A DNA stretch of 64,000 bases from Acidobacteriota bacterium (GCA_045862895.1 BTUO01000006.1:1-64000); one strand, 5' to 3'. Shown: positions 47,939 through 57,320, numbered from the stretch's first letter. Notes: a model not told the origin generated them from the letters alone. Made by a program: numbers and translations.

Positions 47939-49462
47939 ATGAGAATCGCCAACCTCGCCGCCGTCGCCCTCGCCGGATCGATTGCCGTACTCGTGCCGTC
48001 GAGCCCGGTTCTCGCGGGCAAGACCATCGGGGCTTCGCCCTCGACCGCGCTCGCCCTGCGCTCGGGCACGAGCGACTGGCTCGGAGCCGACCTCGCGGTC
48101 TCGCTCGGTGCTTCCGCGTGGGATCCCGAGGTTTCGAGCACGCTCGTCTACACCGTCACCGTCACGAACGTCGGCAAGGCCGACGGCTCCTGGGCGACCG
48201 TGCGCAGCCCGCTCGGAGATCACGTGGAGTGGATCGCCGGGGACGACGACTGCCGCTCGATCGGAGACGCGGTGATCTGTGACATCGCGCCGCTCGCCGG
48301 CGGCGAGTCGAGGCAACTCCAGTTCGAGCTCGAGGTCTTCGAGCCCTATCCGCTGGAGACGATCCAGGAAGTGAAGCTGACGGCGACCGATCCCGACCCG
48401 ACGACGACGAACAACTTCGCCCAGATCAGGACGGTTCTCGACGTAGAGGCTCCGGTCGTCGAGATGGTGCGGGCTCGGTACGGCGAATCCGGTCGGAGGC
48501 TCCGCGCGTGTACGCAGCTCGCCGCCGTTCCGAGCCGGCTCGAGGTGACCTTCAGCGAAGCGATGAAGACGGGTCCGACCCCGCGCTTCGTCGACGCCGT
48601 TTCGAGCTACCGCCTGGTGCGGCCCGGAGCGGATGGCGTCTTCGACGAGCTCTCCTGCGCGCAGGCGCGCGCGACCGGTTTCCCGTCCGACGACGTCGAC
48701 GTCAAGATCCTGGCCGTCGCCTGGGACGAGGAGAACCTGACGGCCGAGCTCGCGCTCGACTCGATCTCCAGCGTGTTCGATGGCTCGGGGCACTGGCGGC
48801 TGATCGCCTGCGGCGGCCTGACGGACGTCGTCGGCAACGCGCTCGACGGCGACGGCGACGGCGAGGGCGGCGACGACGCGAAGATCGATTTCCGGGTCGA
48901 CGTGGGCAACCTGATCGACAACGGCCACTTCGACTGCAACGTCGATCACTGGATCTCGGTGGGTGCCGAGCCCGAAGCGTTCGTGCTCGGCGCGGACAGC
49001 GAGCGGAGCGCGCTGTCGCACGCGGGCCGGATCGAGGGCGCGGCCGGCACCTTCACGGTCGGTGCCGGACAGTGCGTGGTGGGACCGGCGCCCGGCGCCT
49101 ACCAGTTCTCGCTCCGGCATCGCCTGTCGCCGTCCTTCGGCGAGCCCGAGTTCGCACCGGTGGCGGGAGCCTGGGTCGGCGTGGCCTGCACCCTCTACGA
49201 GTCGTCGACCTGCGACGGCATGACCCAGCTCGTCGGCGGCGACGTGTCGTCCTCGGTGCCGGTTCCCGGCGACGGGACGTGGGGGAAGTTGGCCGAGAAT
49301 CTCGAGATCCCGGAGAACACGGGCTCGATGCTCTGCACGGTCGCGGCCAGCAGCGAGGGCGAGGCGCTGACCTTCGAGTTCGACGGTATGAGGCTGGCGC
49401 CCGTCGCGGTGGAAAGCAGTACGTTCGGAGGCGGATCGACGTCGATGAATTCGGTGCGCTGA
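47939..49462 (+). CDS. paralog of the 44986-47565 gene (DUF11 repeat + CBM4_9-like domain)
   Basis: RBS GGAGG. Signal peptide. Collinear with paralog 1 (same ...FELEVFEPYP...DGDGDGEGGDDA...NGHFDCNVDHW... blocks). Confidence 0.75.
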   Translation: MRIANLAAVALAGSIAVLVPSSPVLAGKTIGASPSTALALRSGTSDWLGADLAVSLGASAWDPEVSSTLVYTVTVTNVGKADGSWATVRSPLGDHVEWIAGDDDCRSIGDAVICDIAPLAGGESRQLQFELEVFEPYPLETIQEVKLTATDPDPTTTNNFAQIRTVLDVEAPVVEMVRARYGESGRRLRACTQLAAVPSRLEVTFSEAMKTGPTPRFVDAVSSYRLVRPGADGVFDELSCAQARATGFPSDDVDVKILAVAWDEENLTAELALDSISSVFDGSGHWRLIACGGLTDVVGNALDGDGDGEGGDDAKIDFRVDVGNLIDNGHFDCNVDHWISVGAEPEAFVLGADSERSALSHAGRIEGAAGTFTVGAGQCVVGPAPGAYQFSLRHRLSPSFGEPEFAPVAGAWVGVACTLYESSTCDGMTQLVGGDVSSSVPVPGDGTWGKLAENLEIPENTGSMLCTVAASSEGEALTFEFDGMRLAPVAVESSTFGGGSTSMNSVR

Positions 49463-49513
49463 GGCGCCGCGGCGCTCGACGGAGGACGGGGGCCGGCGGG
49501 CCGCTCGCCGAAA

Positions 49514-49541
49514 GGCGGGTGACCCGCCGGTCTTTTTTTTT
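49514..49541 (+). terminator. Rho-independent terminator GGCGGG-tga-CCCGCC + T9
   Basis: Read directly after the paralog 2 stop. Confidence 0.6.
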
Positions 49542-49554
49542 CCGGGGGGGCCGA

Positions 49555-51219
49555 TCAGACGGAAGCGGGCTCGGCCAGATACCCGCGGCAGCGCTCGTCG
49601 GGCACTCCCGGAGCTGCGCTCCCGAGCGCGGCGCAACTGCTCCGGACCCGTTCGCGCGCGGCGTCGACGACCGCTGCCCGCTCCGCCGGGGCGTCGGCGG
49701 CGCCCTGCCAGGCGAGCAGCGCGGCAGCCAGCGACTCGAGCCGGCCCCAGTTGCCGCCGGCGAAGGCGTCCGGCCCGGCGAGCGCGTCGTCGAGCACCTG
49801 CGCGAGGTCGGCCGCGATCACCTCGGTCGCGTCGGGGGTCTGTTTCATCGCCTGGCGCAAGTACGAAGAACCCCACCGCAGCGGCGTCATCCGGCCGGCG
49901 GGTCCGTGGGTTCCGTCGTTGGCGGCGCGGGCCTCCTGCCAGGCGCGCCGGTAGAGCGCCACCGACTCGGCGGTGCGGCCGGCGTCGGCCTCGAGGCCGG
50001 CGAGCCAGCCGGTGTAGTAGTAGGGCGCCACCGTCGACGCCGCCTTCTCGGAGAGCAGCGCGCGCGTCTCGTCGGCGAGGCCGGCGTCCTCGAGCAGTCC
50101 GGCCATCGTGCTCATCACCGCCTGCATCTCCTCGTCGTCCCGGACGCGTCCCTCGGCCCAGCGGACGCGCTCGCGCACGCGGTCGAGCAGCTCGGCGGGA
50201 AGCGGCGCACCGTCGCCCGCGACGAGGCGAGCCAGCTCGATGCGCGGCGCCAGCGCCTCGAGCCGGTCGTTGGTGGTCCAGCTCTCGTCGTCCTCGAGCG
50301 CGCGCGCCGCGGCCTGCCAGGCCGCGATCAGGCGGTCGCGCAGCGCGCCGGGCTCGGGGGCGAGGCGGGCGACGACCCTGCCCGCGCCATAGAGCACGAC
50401 CTCGATGTTGGCGGCGCGCTGCTCGCGATCGGAGAGCAACGTCTCGAGCGCGGCGACGAGCTCGTCGCGTTCGGTGGCGTCGAGCGGCGATGTCGACTCC
50501 TCGCGGGCGAGCTCGCCCAGGTGCGCGGCGAAGAAGCGCGAGCGCACCACCGGCCGATCGGTCGGAGTCTCGCGCCAGAAGCGCTCGAACAGCGCCTTGC
50601 GCCGGGTGTCGTCGAGTCCGGAGCGCTCGTCCTGGTACCAGGCGTGGAAGGCGAGCAGCTCGAGCTCGGCCGGCGCCATGCCGGTCGGTCCGACCCGCTC
50701 GGCCTCGGCGATGCGCTCGGCGAGCGGCTTGGCGGCGTCGAGCGCGGTCGTCAGCAGCTCGGCGAAGTCTTCGACGCCGAGCACGCCGGGCAGCCGCGTC
50801 ACCTCGCGGCCGTCGGGATCGAAGACGATGACGGTGGGGTAGCCCGCGGTGCCGAGCTTCTCGCCCCAGACCTGCGCGCGCTCGGTGTCGCCGTCGAGGT
50901 AGACCGGCACCGCCGCCGCCAGCCGCGCGCGGATCTCGGGCCGCGGGAAGATGCGCGTGCGCAGGGCGTGGCAGGGCGGGCACCAGACCGCGCCCCAGTA
51001 GAGAAAGAGCGGCTTCCTCTCGGCCGCGGCCGTCGCGAACGCCTGCTCGACGGAGCCTTCGAACCAGGCGATGTCGTCCTCGACCGCCACCTGCGCCGGT
51101 GCGGAGTCGGCCGCGGGAGTCGCCGCGGAATCGCCGCGACGGCAGCCCGCGGGCAGCAGCGCGAGCGAAGCGGCTACGACGACGGACGCGACGACTCGGG
51201 TGGCGGGACGAACGATCAT
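49555..51219 (-). CDS. thioredoxin-fold lipoprotein (WCPPCH active site) with long helical C-terminal domain
   Basis: Lipobox LALLPAGC. Thioredoxin CxxC motif. Confidence 0.7.
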   Translation of the reverse strand: MIVRPATRVVASVVVAASLALLPAGCRRGDSAATPAADSAPAQVAVEDDIAWFEGSVEQAFATAAAERKPLFLYWGAVWCPPCHALRTRIFPRPEIRARLAAAVPVYLDGDTERAQVWGEKLGTAGYPTVIVFDPDGREVTRLPGVLGVEDFAELLTTALDAAKPLAERIAEAERVGPTGMAPAELELLAFHAWYQDERSGLDDTRRKALFERFWRETPTDRPVVRSRFFAAHLGELAREESTSPLDATERDELVAALETLLSDREQRAANIEVVLYGAGRVVARLAPEPGALRDRLIAAWQAAARALEDDESWTTNDRLEALAPRIELARLVAGDGAPLPAELLDRVRERVRWAEGRVRDDEEMQAVMSTMAGLLEDAGLADETRALLSEKAASTVAPYYYTGWLAGLEADAGRTAESVALYRRAWQEARAANDGTHGPAGRMTPLRWGSSYLRQAMKQTPDATEVIAADLAQVLDDALAGPDAFAGGNWGRLESLAAALLAWQGAADAPAERAAVVDAARERVRSSCAALGSAAPGVPDERCRGYLAEPASV

Positions 51220-51319
51220 CGGCGACCTCCTCGGCGCGGGCGACTGTAACCGAAACGACGACGGCCCGCCCCCGTCGAGGGGCGGGCCGTCTCCACGGCG
51301 GTCCGGACGAAGCGGGAGC

Positions 51320-52852
51320 TCAGGGCTGCGCGGCGCTCCACTCCGTGAGGTCGTTCTCCTCGAAATCGGAGACGAACGGCATGCCGGTCAGGGCGAGCTG
51401 GACCGCGTCGAGCGCGTCGATGCGGCCAGCGCCGAAGGTGTTGTTCGGGAAGATCCCGGCGCTGACGCCGCACGCCCCGCCGAAGGCCGGTTCGAAAGCG
51501 GTGTCGCGGATGATCTGTTCGATCTCGTCGACCTCGCCGGCGAGCTCGGGCTTGGCCGAGATCAGGAGCGCGACCAGCCCGGCGACGTGCGGGCCGGCCA
51601 TCGAAGTGCCGGAGAACGAGGCGTAGCCGGTTCCCGGAATCGACGAGCGGACGCCGGAGCCCGGTGCCGAGATGTCCGGCTTCATCCGATTCGAGCCGTC
51701 GACGGTCACCGGGCCGCGGCTCGAGAACGAGGAGATCGAATCGGTGCTGGTCGTCGAGCCGACCGAGAAGGAGGCGTCGTAGATGGCGGCCGGAGTGTTC
51801 ACGGTGCTGCACGAGGAGCCGGAGTTGCCGGCCGAGACCACGACCACGATGCCGGCCGCGCGGGTGTTCTCGACGACCTGCTGGAGAATGTCGGGAGCGA
51901 CGCACCCTTCCGAGGGCGGGCAGCTCCACGAGTTGTTGATGACGTGGGGCGCCATCGCGGGGTTCGGATTCTGGCCGGCCAGGTCGGTCGGCGCGATGAA
52001 CCACTCGAAGCACTCCGAGTAGGTCGTGGGGGTGCCGTTGCCCTGGTCCATGTTGCGGCAGCCGATCCAGCGGGCGCCCGGTGCCATGCCGATCTGATTG
52101 ACACCACCGTCGTCGCCGACCATCGTCCCCATGGTGTGCGTCCCGTGCGAATCGTCGTCGCAGGGGACGGTCGAGTTCGCGCCGCAGACCCCGCCCCCCG
52201 AGTGGATCGAATCGTGCCAGTGGTAGTCGTGCGCGGCGGACGAGCCGGTCCAGCCGCGGTACATGTCGCGCAGGGCGGGATGCTCCCAGTCGTAGCCGGT
52301 GTCCTGCCCGCCGATCACGGCGCCCTGGCCGTCGAATCCCAAGGCCCAGACGTCGTCGGCGTTGACCTTGAGGATGTTCCATTCGATCGCCAGCGGCGCC
52401 AGCGGATCGCCGGCCTCGACGCCGTCCTCCACGGGCGCGACGAGGCTCATGCGGGGATTGGCCTCCAGGCGAGCGACCTCCTCGCGCAACGCCAGTCGTT
52501 CGGCGAGCGCGAGGTCGCCCTCGACTGCGAGGAAGTTGGCGACCCAGAAGGAGCGGTGCGGGACCTTGTCGCGCTCGAGCTCGACGATCAGGTCGGCCTG
52601 CATGCGGGCCGCGTGCGCGCTCAGCGTCTCGAAGACGTAGCGCCCCTTGGCCTCCTTGCCGCGGATCGAGGCGGCGGCGGAGAGGTCGGCCTGGTTGGCG
52701 AGGACGACGAGCATCTCGACCTTGCCGTCGGCGGCGTCGGCCATCGCGCGCACCAGCGCCGGGTCGATCTTCGGCGAGAGCTCGGCGGCGGCCGGAATCG
52801 GCGTCGCGAGCGCGGCCAGGGCGAGAGCGGTCACGGCGGAAACGCGTAGCAC
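51320..52852 (-). CDS. secreted S8 subtilisin-family serine protease, tagged
   Basis: Signal plus propeptide. Catalytic D (GQDTGYD), H (DDDSHGTHT) and S (SGTSMAGPH). Ends ...PFVSDFEENDLTEWSAAQP. Confidence 0.85.
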   Translation of the reverse strand: MLRVSAVTALALAALATPIPAAAELSPKIDPALVRAMADAADGKVEMLVVLANQADLSAAASIRGKEAKGRYVFETLSAHAARMQADLIVELERDKVPHRSFWVANFLAVEGDLALAERLALREEVARLEANPRMSLVAPVEDGVEAGDPLAPLAIEWNILKVNADDVWALGFDGQGAVIGGQDTGYDWEHPALRDMYRGWTGSSAAHDYHWHDSIHSGGGVCGANSTVPCDDDSHGTHTMGTMVGDDGGVNQIGMAPGARWIGCRNMDQGNGTPTTYSECFEWFIAPTDLAGQNPNPAMAPHVINNSWSCPPSEGCVAPDILQQVVENTRAAGIVVVVSAGNSGSSCSTVNTPAAIYDASFSVGSTTSTDSISSFSSRGPVTVDGSNRMKPDISAPGSGVRSSIPGTGYASFSGTSMAGPHVAGLVALLISAKPELAGEVDEIEQIIRDTAFEPAFGGACGVSAGIFPNNTFGAGRIDALDAVQLALTGMPFVSDFEENDLTEWSAAQP

Positions 52853-52930
52853 TTGAAAACCTCCGATCGTTCGGGGGGTGGGGACCGGGGCATTCTAGCG
52901 CGCCGGACCTCGTCGCGCTATCGTCCGGCA

Positions 52931-53599
52931 GTGGCCAACGGCCGGGCGCTACAGCGCTGGACCCTCGCCGAGGAGGTCGCGCACGCGGTCTCGCACGGTG
53001 TCGGGGTCGCGCTCGCGATCGGCGGCCTGGCGACACTGGTGACGCTCGCCGCCTTGCGCGGCGACGCCTGGCACGTCGCCTCCTCAGCGATCTTCGGCAC
53101 CACGCTGGTCCTGCTCTACGGCGCTTCGACCGTCTACCACTCGATCCCGGCGTGGGTCCGCTTCCGCCGCACCAAGCGGATCCTGCGCATCCTCGACCAC
53201 TCGGCGATCTACCTGGCCATCGCCGGCACCTACACGCCGTTCACCCTCGGCCCGCTGCGCGGCCCGTGGGGCTGGGCGCTGTTCGGCGTCGTGTGGGGCG
53301 GAGCGGTCGTCGGCATCGTCTTCAAGATCGTCGCCGTCGAGCGCTACCCGGTTTTCTCGACGGCGCTCTACGCGGTGCTCGGTTGGTGCGTGGTCGTCGC
53401 CTTCGAACCGCTGCTCGAGGCGCTGGCGCCCGGCGGCATCGCGCTGCTCTTCGCCGGCGGCCTCTGCTACACCATCGGCATCGGTTTCTACGCCTGGACC
53501 AGCCTGCGCTGGAGCCACTTCGTCTGGCACCTGTTCGTGCTCGCGGGCAGCGTGCTGCACTACCTCGCCGTCCTGCTCTACGTCCTGCCGCGCGGCTGA
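52931..53599 (+). CDS. hemolysin III / PAQR family membrane protein
   Basis: Probable GTG start. EEVAHAVSHGVG, seven TM helices and an H..H motif. Confidence 0.75.
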   Translation: MANGRALQRWTLAEEVAHAVSHGVGVALAIGGLATLVTLAALRGDAWHVASSAIFGTTLVLLYGASTVYHSIPAWVRFRRTKRILRILDHSAIYLAIAGTYTPFTLGPLRGPWGWALFGVVWGGAVVGIVFKIVAVERYPVFSTALYAVLGWCVVVAFEPLLEALAPGGIALLFAGGLCYTIGIGFYAWTSLRWSHFVWHLFVLAGSVLHYLAVLLYVLPRG

Positions 53600-53758
53600 G
53601 GCGAGTGGTTCCGGCCCGCGAAAGACGCCGGGGCAGCCGCTAGATCCGGGCCGGATTTCGCTGGAGCTTCCTGATCCGGCCGATCTTTCCAAGAGGAAGG
53701 TGGCTTTTCAGAGCTGAGAGGCGCTCCTGCCTTGACGTCGCGCAGTGGCCTGAGAGCT

Positions 53759-55081
53759 TCAATCGGTCCACTCGTGACGGAAGGGGCCGGGTGCTGTCGC
53801 CGACCAGCGCGTCGTGTCGCCCGACTCGAAACCGTCGAGCAGCAGGCCGAATCCGCGGAACCGGCGCGCGTAGAGATCCACACTGGCGTCTCCGCCCTCG
53901 TACCACTCTCCGACCAGAACGGGATTTGAGTCGACGTCGAAGTCGGCAACCGGAACACCGAGATTCCAGGAGGAAGCTAGATCGAAAGGTGAGCCGACGA
54001 GTTCTCCTTGGGGAGAGTAGAGCGATCCTCTGACGAGATCGTCCGCGAGACGGGAAAGGAGCAGCCAGCTTCCGTCACGAGCGCGCTCGACGGAAACGTC
54101 GTCTGGTGCGGTGCCCAGGTCGACATCCGCCAGGATCTCTCCCGACGGCGAACAAAGCCGTGCTCGGTACCAAGTAGCGTGGAATATTTCGTTTCCCCAC
54201 GAGACGACGGCCGAGCCGTCGGAGCCCGCGCCGAGCCGCAAGCCGATGATCCCGTAGTCGTCATAGCCTTCGGCGACGTGGATCTCCTCCCCGAGTTCCC
54301 CGTCGGCTTCGAAGGCTCGGACGTAGACGCCGAACCCGGGGCCCGGTTGGCGCGCATACCCCAGGATGAACTGGCCAGGTCCGAAGGCATCGACGTCGAG
54401 CCCACCGAGACGAGAATAGGGTCCGGTGGCGATCGGAAACGCGGGGCCCACGGGCTGGCCGCTTGCTCCCAGTTTCCGCCCGAAGATCGCCATGCCACCG
54501 TCATGGGGCGCTAGCCACACCGCGACGTATCCACCCGCCGGGTCGGCGGCCACGTCCGGTGCCGTGGGCGCGGGCTCGTCGGGCTGGTGAATCGCGAAAG
54601 GCGGGCCGATCGGAGATCCATCCTCGGTGAAGGCACGTCCAAGGACGTTGTGGACAATCTGATCCTTGCTGTGATTCCAGACGACGACGAAACCGTGATC
54701 GTCCGTCGCGACCTTCGGGTAGGTGTAGTGATTTCGTGGGCCGGCATCGACGCGAAACTCCGGCCCCACCGGATCGCCGCTGGTCGAAAAGTAGCGGGCG
54801 AAGACGCCATGATCGACCGGCGGTTGATCGAGAGTCTCCCAGACGACGAGAAACCGCCCGTCGGACATTCGCGCCACGTCGGGCGCGATCTGCAAGCCCT
54901 CGGTGGTCGTGTTGACCAACTGGGCGGGATCGATCGGGGTGATCTGCGCGCGTGCGGATTCGGCGACCGCTCCGACGATCACCGCGGAACCGGCAATCCA
55001 CAGGTTGAGGCGCCGAGGAAGAATCCTGACCGGAGCTGTCGTCTTCCAGAGGGAAAGCGAGGGGCCCGCTTTGTCGACCAC
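53759..55081 (-). CDS. secreted repeat (beta-propeller-like) protein related to 23504-24778, tagged
   Basis: GTG start. Degenerate FxVxW...GxFGRxF repeats. The tail ...LLLDGFESGDTTRWSATAPGPFRHEWTD carries a 10-aa extension. Confidence 0.6.
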   Translation of the reverse strand: MVDKAGPSLSLWKTTAPVRILPRRLNLWIAGSAVIVGAVAESARAQITPIDPAQLVNTTTEGLQIAPDVARMSDGRFLVVWETLDQPPVDHGVFARYFSTSGDPVGPEFRVDAGPRNHYTYPKVATDDHGFVVVWNHSKDQIVHNVLGRAFTEDGSPIGPPFAIHQPDEPAPTAPDVAADPAGGYVAVWLAPHDGGMAIFGRKLGASGQPVGPAFPIATGPYSRLGGLDVDAFGPGQFILGYARQPGPGFGVYVRAFEADGELGEEIHVAEGYDDYGIIGLRLGAGSDGSAVVSWGNEIFHATWYRARLCSPSGEILADVDLGTAPDDVSVERARDGSWLLLSRLADDLVRGSLYSPQGELVGSPFDLASSWNLGVPVADFDVDSNPVLVGEWYEGGDASVDLYARRFRGFGLLLDGFESGDTTRWSATAPGPFRHEWTD

Positions 55082-55259
55082 ATATCGACCTCTCCTTAGA
55101 CAATTGCTGGCGGAAGGAGCATACTCCTTACCGTTCGAACAATCCGTTTCCTGAGCGAAGAGAATGGCGTGGAATGATCTCCTGCTGATCGGCCGGACGT
55201 CATAGACGATTGGAAAGGACCGAATCGGGACACCTTCAGAGTCGCAAGGGAGGTACCAG

Positions 55260-56615
55260 ATGCTCGACCGCCGCAGCTTCCTGTCGTCCGTCGCCGCCGG
55301 GGCGGCCGCGCTGGTCGCGGCGCCGACGGCTTGCGCTGCCGAGCGCGACCAACCCGCCGCCGCCGCGGGACCGCTCGTCGGTCCCGAAGGTGTCGTCGAC
55401 TGGGAGCGCGTCCGCGCCGAGTTCGACCTCGACCCCGACTGGCTCCACTTCGGCAGTTTCTTCCTGGTGTCGCACCCGCGGCCGGTGCGCGTCGCGATCG
55501 AGCGCTGGCGGCGCGAGCTCGACCGCAATCCGCTGGCGCTCGAGCACCTGCTGTTCGACGGGGCGAATCCGGACAACCCGGTCGCGGCGGTCAAGCGCGC
55601 TCTCGCGCGATACCTCGGCGCGCGAGAGGAGGAGATCGCGCTCACCCCCAACACCACGACCGGCCTCGCCCTGGTCTACAACGGGCTGGCGATCGCTCCG
55701 GGCGAGGAGATCCTGACCACCGAGCACGATCACTACGTCCACCACGAGTCGATCCGCTTCGCGGCCGAGAAGTCGGGAGCGACCGTGCGCTTCGTCGCGC
55801 TCCACGACGGCGCCGCGCGGGCGAGCGCCGACCAGATCGTGGCGCGTCTGCGCGGCGCGATTCGCCCCGAGACACGCGCGCTCGGCGTCACCTGGGTGCA
55901 CTCGTCGAGCGGCCTCAAGCTGCCGATCCCGGCGATCGCCGCGATGGTCGCCGAGGTCAACGCCGGCCGCGCGCCGCGCGAGCGCTGCCTGCTGGTGGTC
56001 GACGGCGTCCACGGCTTCGGCGTCGAGGACGTCGACGCCGCCGCGATGGGTGCCGACTTCTTCGTCGCCGGAACCCACAAGTGGCTGTTCGGCCCGCGCG
56101 GCACCGGCGTGGTCTGGGGCAGGCCCGAGGCGTGGCCGCGGGTGCGGCCGACGATCCCTTCGTTCGACCTCTCGGGGGAGATGTGGTCCGCGTGGGTCGA
56201 GCGCAGGCCGTTGCCGTCGACGCGGGCGAACTTCGTGTCGCCCGGCGGCTTCGTTGCCTACGAGCACCAGTTCGCCGTGGCCGACGCGGTCGCCTTCCAC
56301 GAAGCGATCGGAAGAGCGCGGATCGCCGCGCGCCTGGCCGACCTCAACGGTCGCGTCCGGCACGGCCTGGCGGCGATCCCCGGGGTCACCGTCCACACGC
56401 CGCCCGATCCGGCGCTCGCCGCCGGCATCACCTGCTTCGAGGTGGCGGGGCTGGCGCCGGAGGCGGTCGTGGCGCGGCTCGCCGAGCGGCGCATCCACGC
56501 CACGACCTCGCCTTACGCGGTCTCCTACGCGCGCCTCGCGGCCGGCATCATGAACCGACCCGACGAGATCGACGCCGCGCTCGCCGCGGTCGCCGAGCTG
56601 GCGCGCGCGGCCTGA
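55260..56615 (+). CDS. class V aminotransferase (PLP-dependent, cysteine desulfurase / IPN-epimerase-like) with Tat signal
   Basis: Signal MLDRRSFLSSVAAGAAALVAAPTACA has the twin-Arg motif. TGVVWG...HKWLFGPRG is PLP-lysine region. Confidence 0.75.
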   Translation: MLDRRSFLSSVAAGAAALVAAPTACAAERDQPAAAAGPLVGPEGVVDWERVRAEFDLDPDWLHFGSFFLVSHPRPVRVAIERWRRELDRNPLALEHLLFDGANPDNPVAAVKRALARYLGAREEEIALTPNTTTGLALVYNGLAIAPGEEILTTEHDHYVHHESIRFAAEKSGATVRFVALHDGAARASADQIVARLRGAIRPETRALGVTWVHSSSGLKLPIPAIAAMVAEVNAGRAPRERCLLVVDGVHGFGVEDVDAAAMGADFFVAGTHKWLFGPRGTGVVWGRPEAWPRVRPTIPSFDLSGEMWSAWVERRPLPSTRANFVSPGGFVAYEHQFAVADAVAFHEAIGRARIAARLADLNGRVRHGLAAIPGVTVHTPPDPALAAGITCFEVAGLAPEAVVARLAERRIHATTSPYAVSYARLAAGIMNRPDEIDAALAAVAELARAA

Positions 56616-56619
56616 GCGC

Positions 56620-57309
56620 TCAGGGCGCCGTCGCCGACCAGCCCGACGTCGAGCCGTTCTCGAAGCCGTGGATCAACAGCGCGTCGCAGCGGGTGGCCTC
56701 GGGGCAGAAGTAGGCGCGATCGAAATGGAAGGCGATCGAGCCGCCCATCACCGACTTGCGCGCGCGTAGTCCGACGATCGCGCTGCGCGCTCCGGCCGGA
56801 GCCGGAACGGTGAGGAAGTCCGCGTGCTGCCACCCCGTGCCGTCGGTCGACGAGGTCGCCCCAAAGGCCCACTGGTGCAGCGAGGATCCGGTGCAGTTGT
56901 CGCCGTCGAGCCACATCACGCTGAGGCCCGAGGACCCGGCACTCTGGGCGCCCGCGGCGAGCCGGACGTCGGCTCCGACGAGAAAACGCTGGCCGACGTA
57001 GCCGGAGAGGCCGCTCACGCACTGCTTCGCGATGACGGTGATCCCTTCGGCCGAAGTGTCGTTGGTCAGCAGCAGCGAGCCCGACGCCGGGCTGCCGCCC
57101 TGGTCGATCGCGGAGTAGCCGATCGAGCCGACGCCGACGTTGTAGAGCGACCAGCCCGAAGTCGAGCCGTTGAACCAGCCGTTGCTGAGCAGCCCGTCGT
57201 AAGCGGCCCGGGCCGGAACGGCCGCCGCGGCGAGCGCGAACAGGGCGAGGGCGATCCGCCCGTTCGAGCGTCGAGCACGCCCCGAGGGGCGCTGAGGAAA
57301 GAGGGTCAT
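56620..57309 (-). CDS. secreted CBM4_9-like jelly-roll domain protein, tagged
   Basis: RBS AAGGAG. Signal peptide. The mature N-terminus ...LLSNGWFNGSTSGWS and the C-terminus ...LIHGFENGSTSGWSATAP are near-copies of each other. Confidence 0.65.
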   Translation of the reverse strand: MTLFPQRPSGRARRSNGRIALALFALAAAAVPARAAYDGLLSNGWFNGSTSGWSLYNVGVGSIGYSAIDQGGSPASGSLLLTNDTSAEGITVIAKQCVSGLSGYVGQRFLVGADVRLAAGAQSAGSSGLSVMWLDGDNCTGSSLHQWAFGATSSTDGTGWQHADFLTVPAPAGARSAIVGLRARKSVMGGSIAFHFDRAYFCPEATRCDALLIHGFENGSTSGWSATAP

Positions 57310-57320
57310 GTCCAGGGTCT

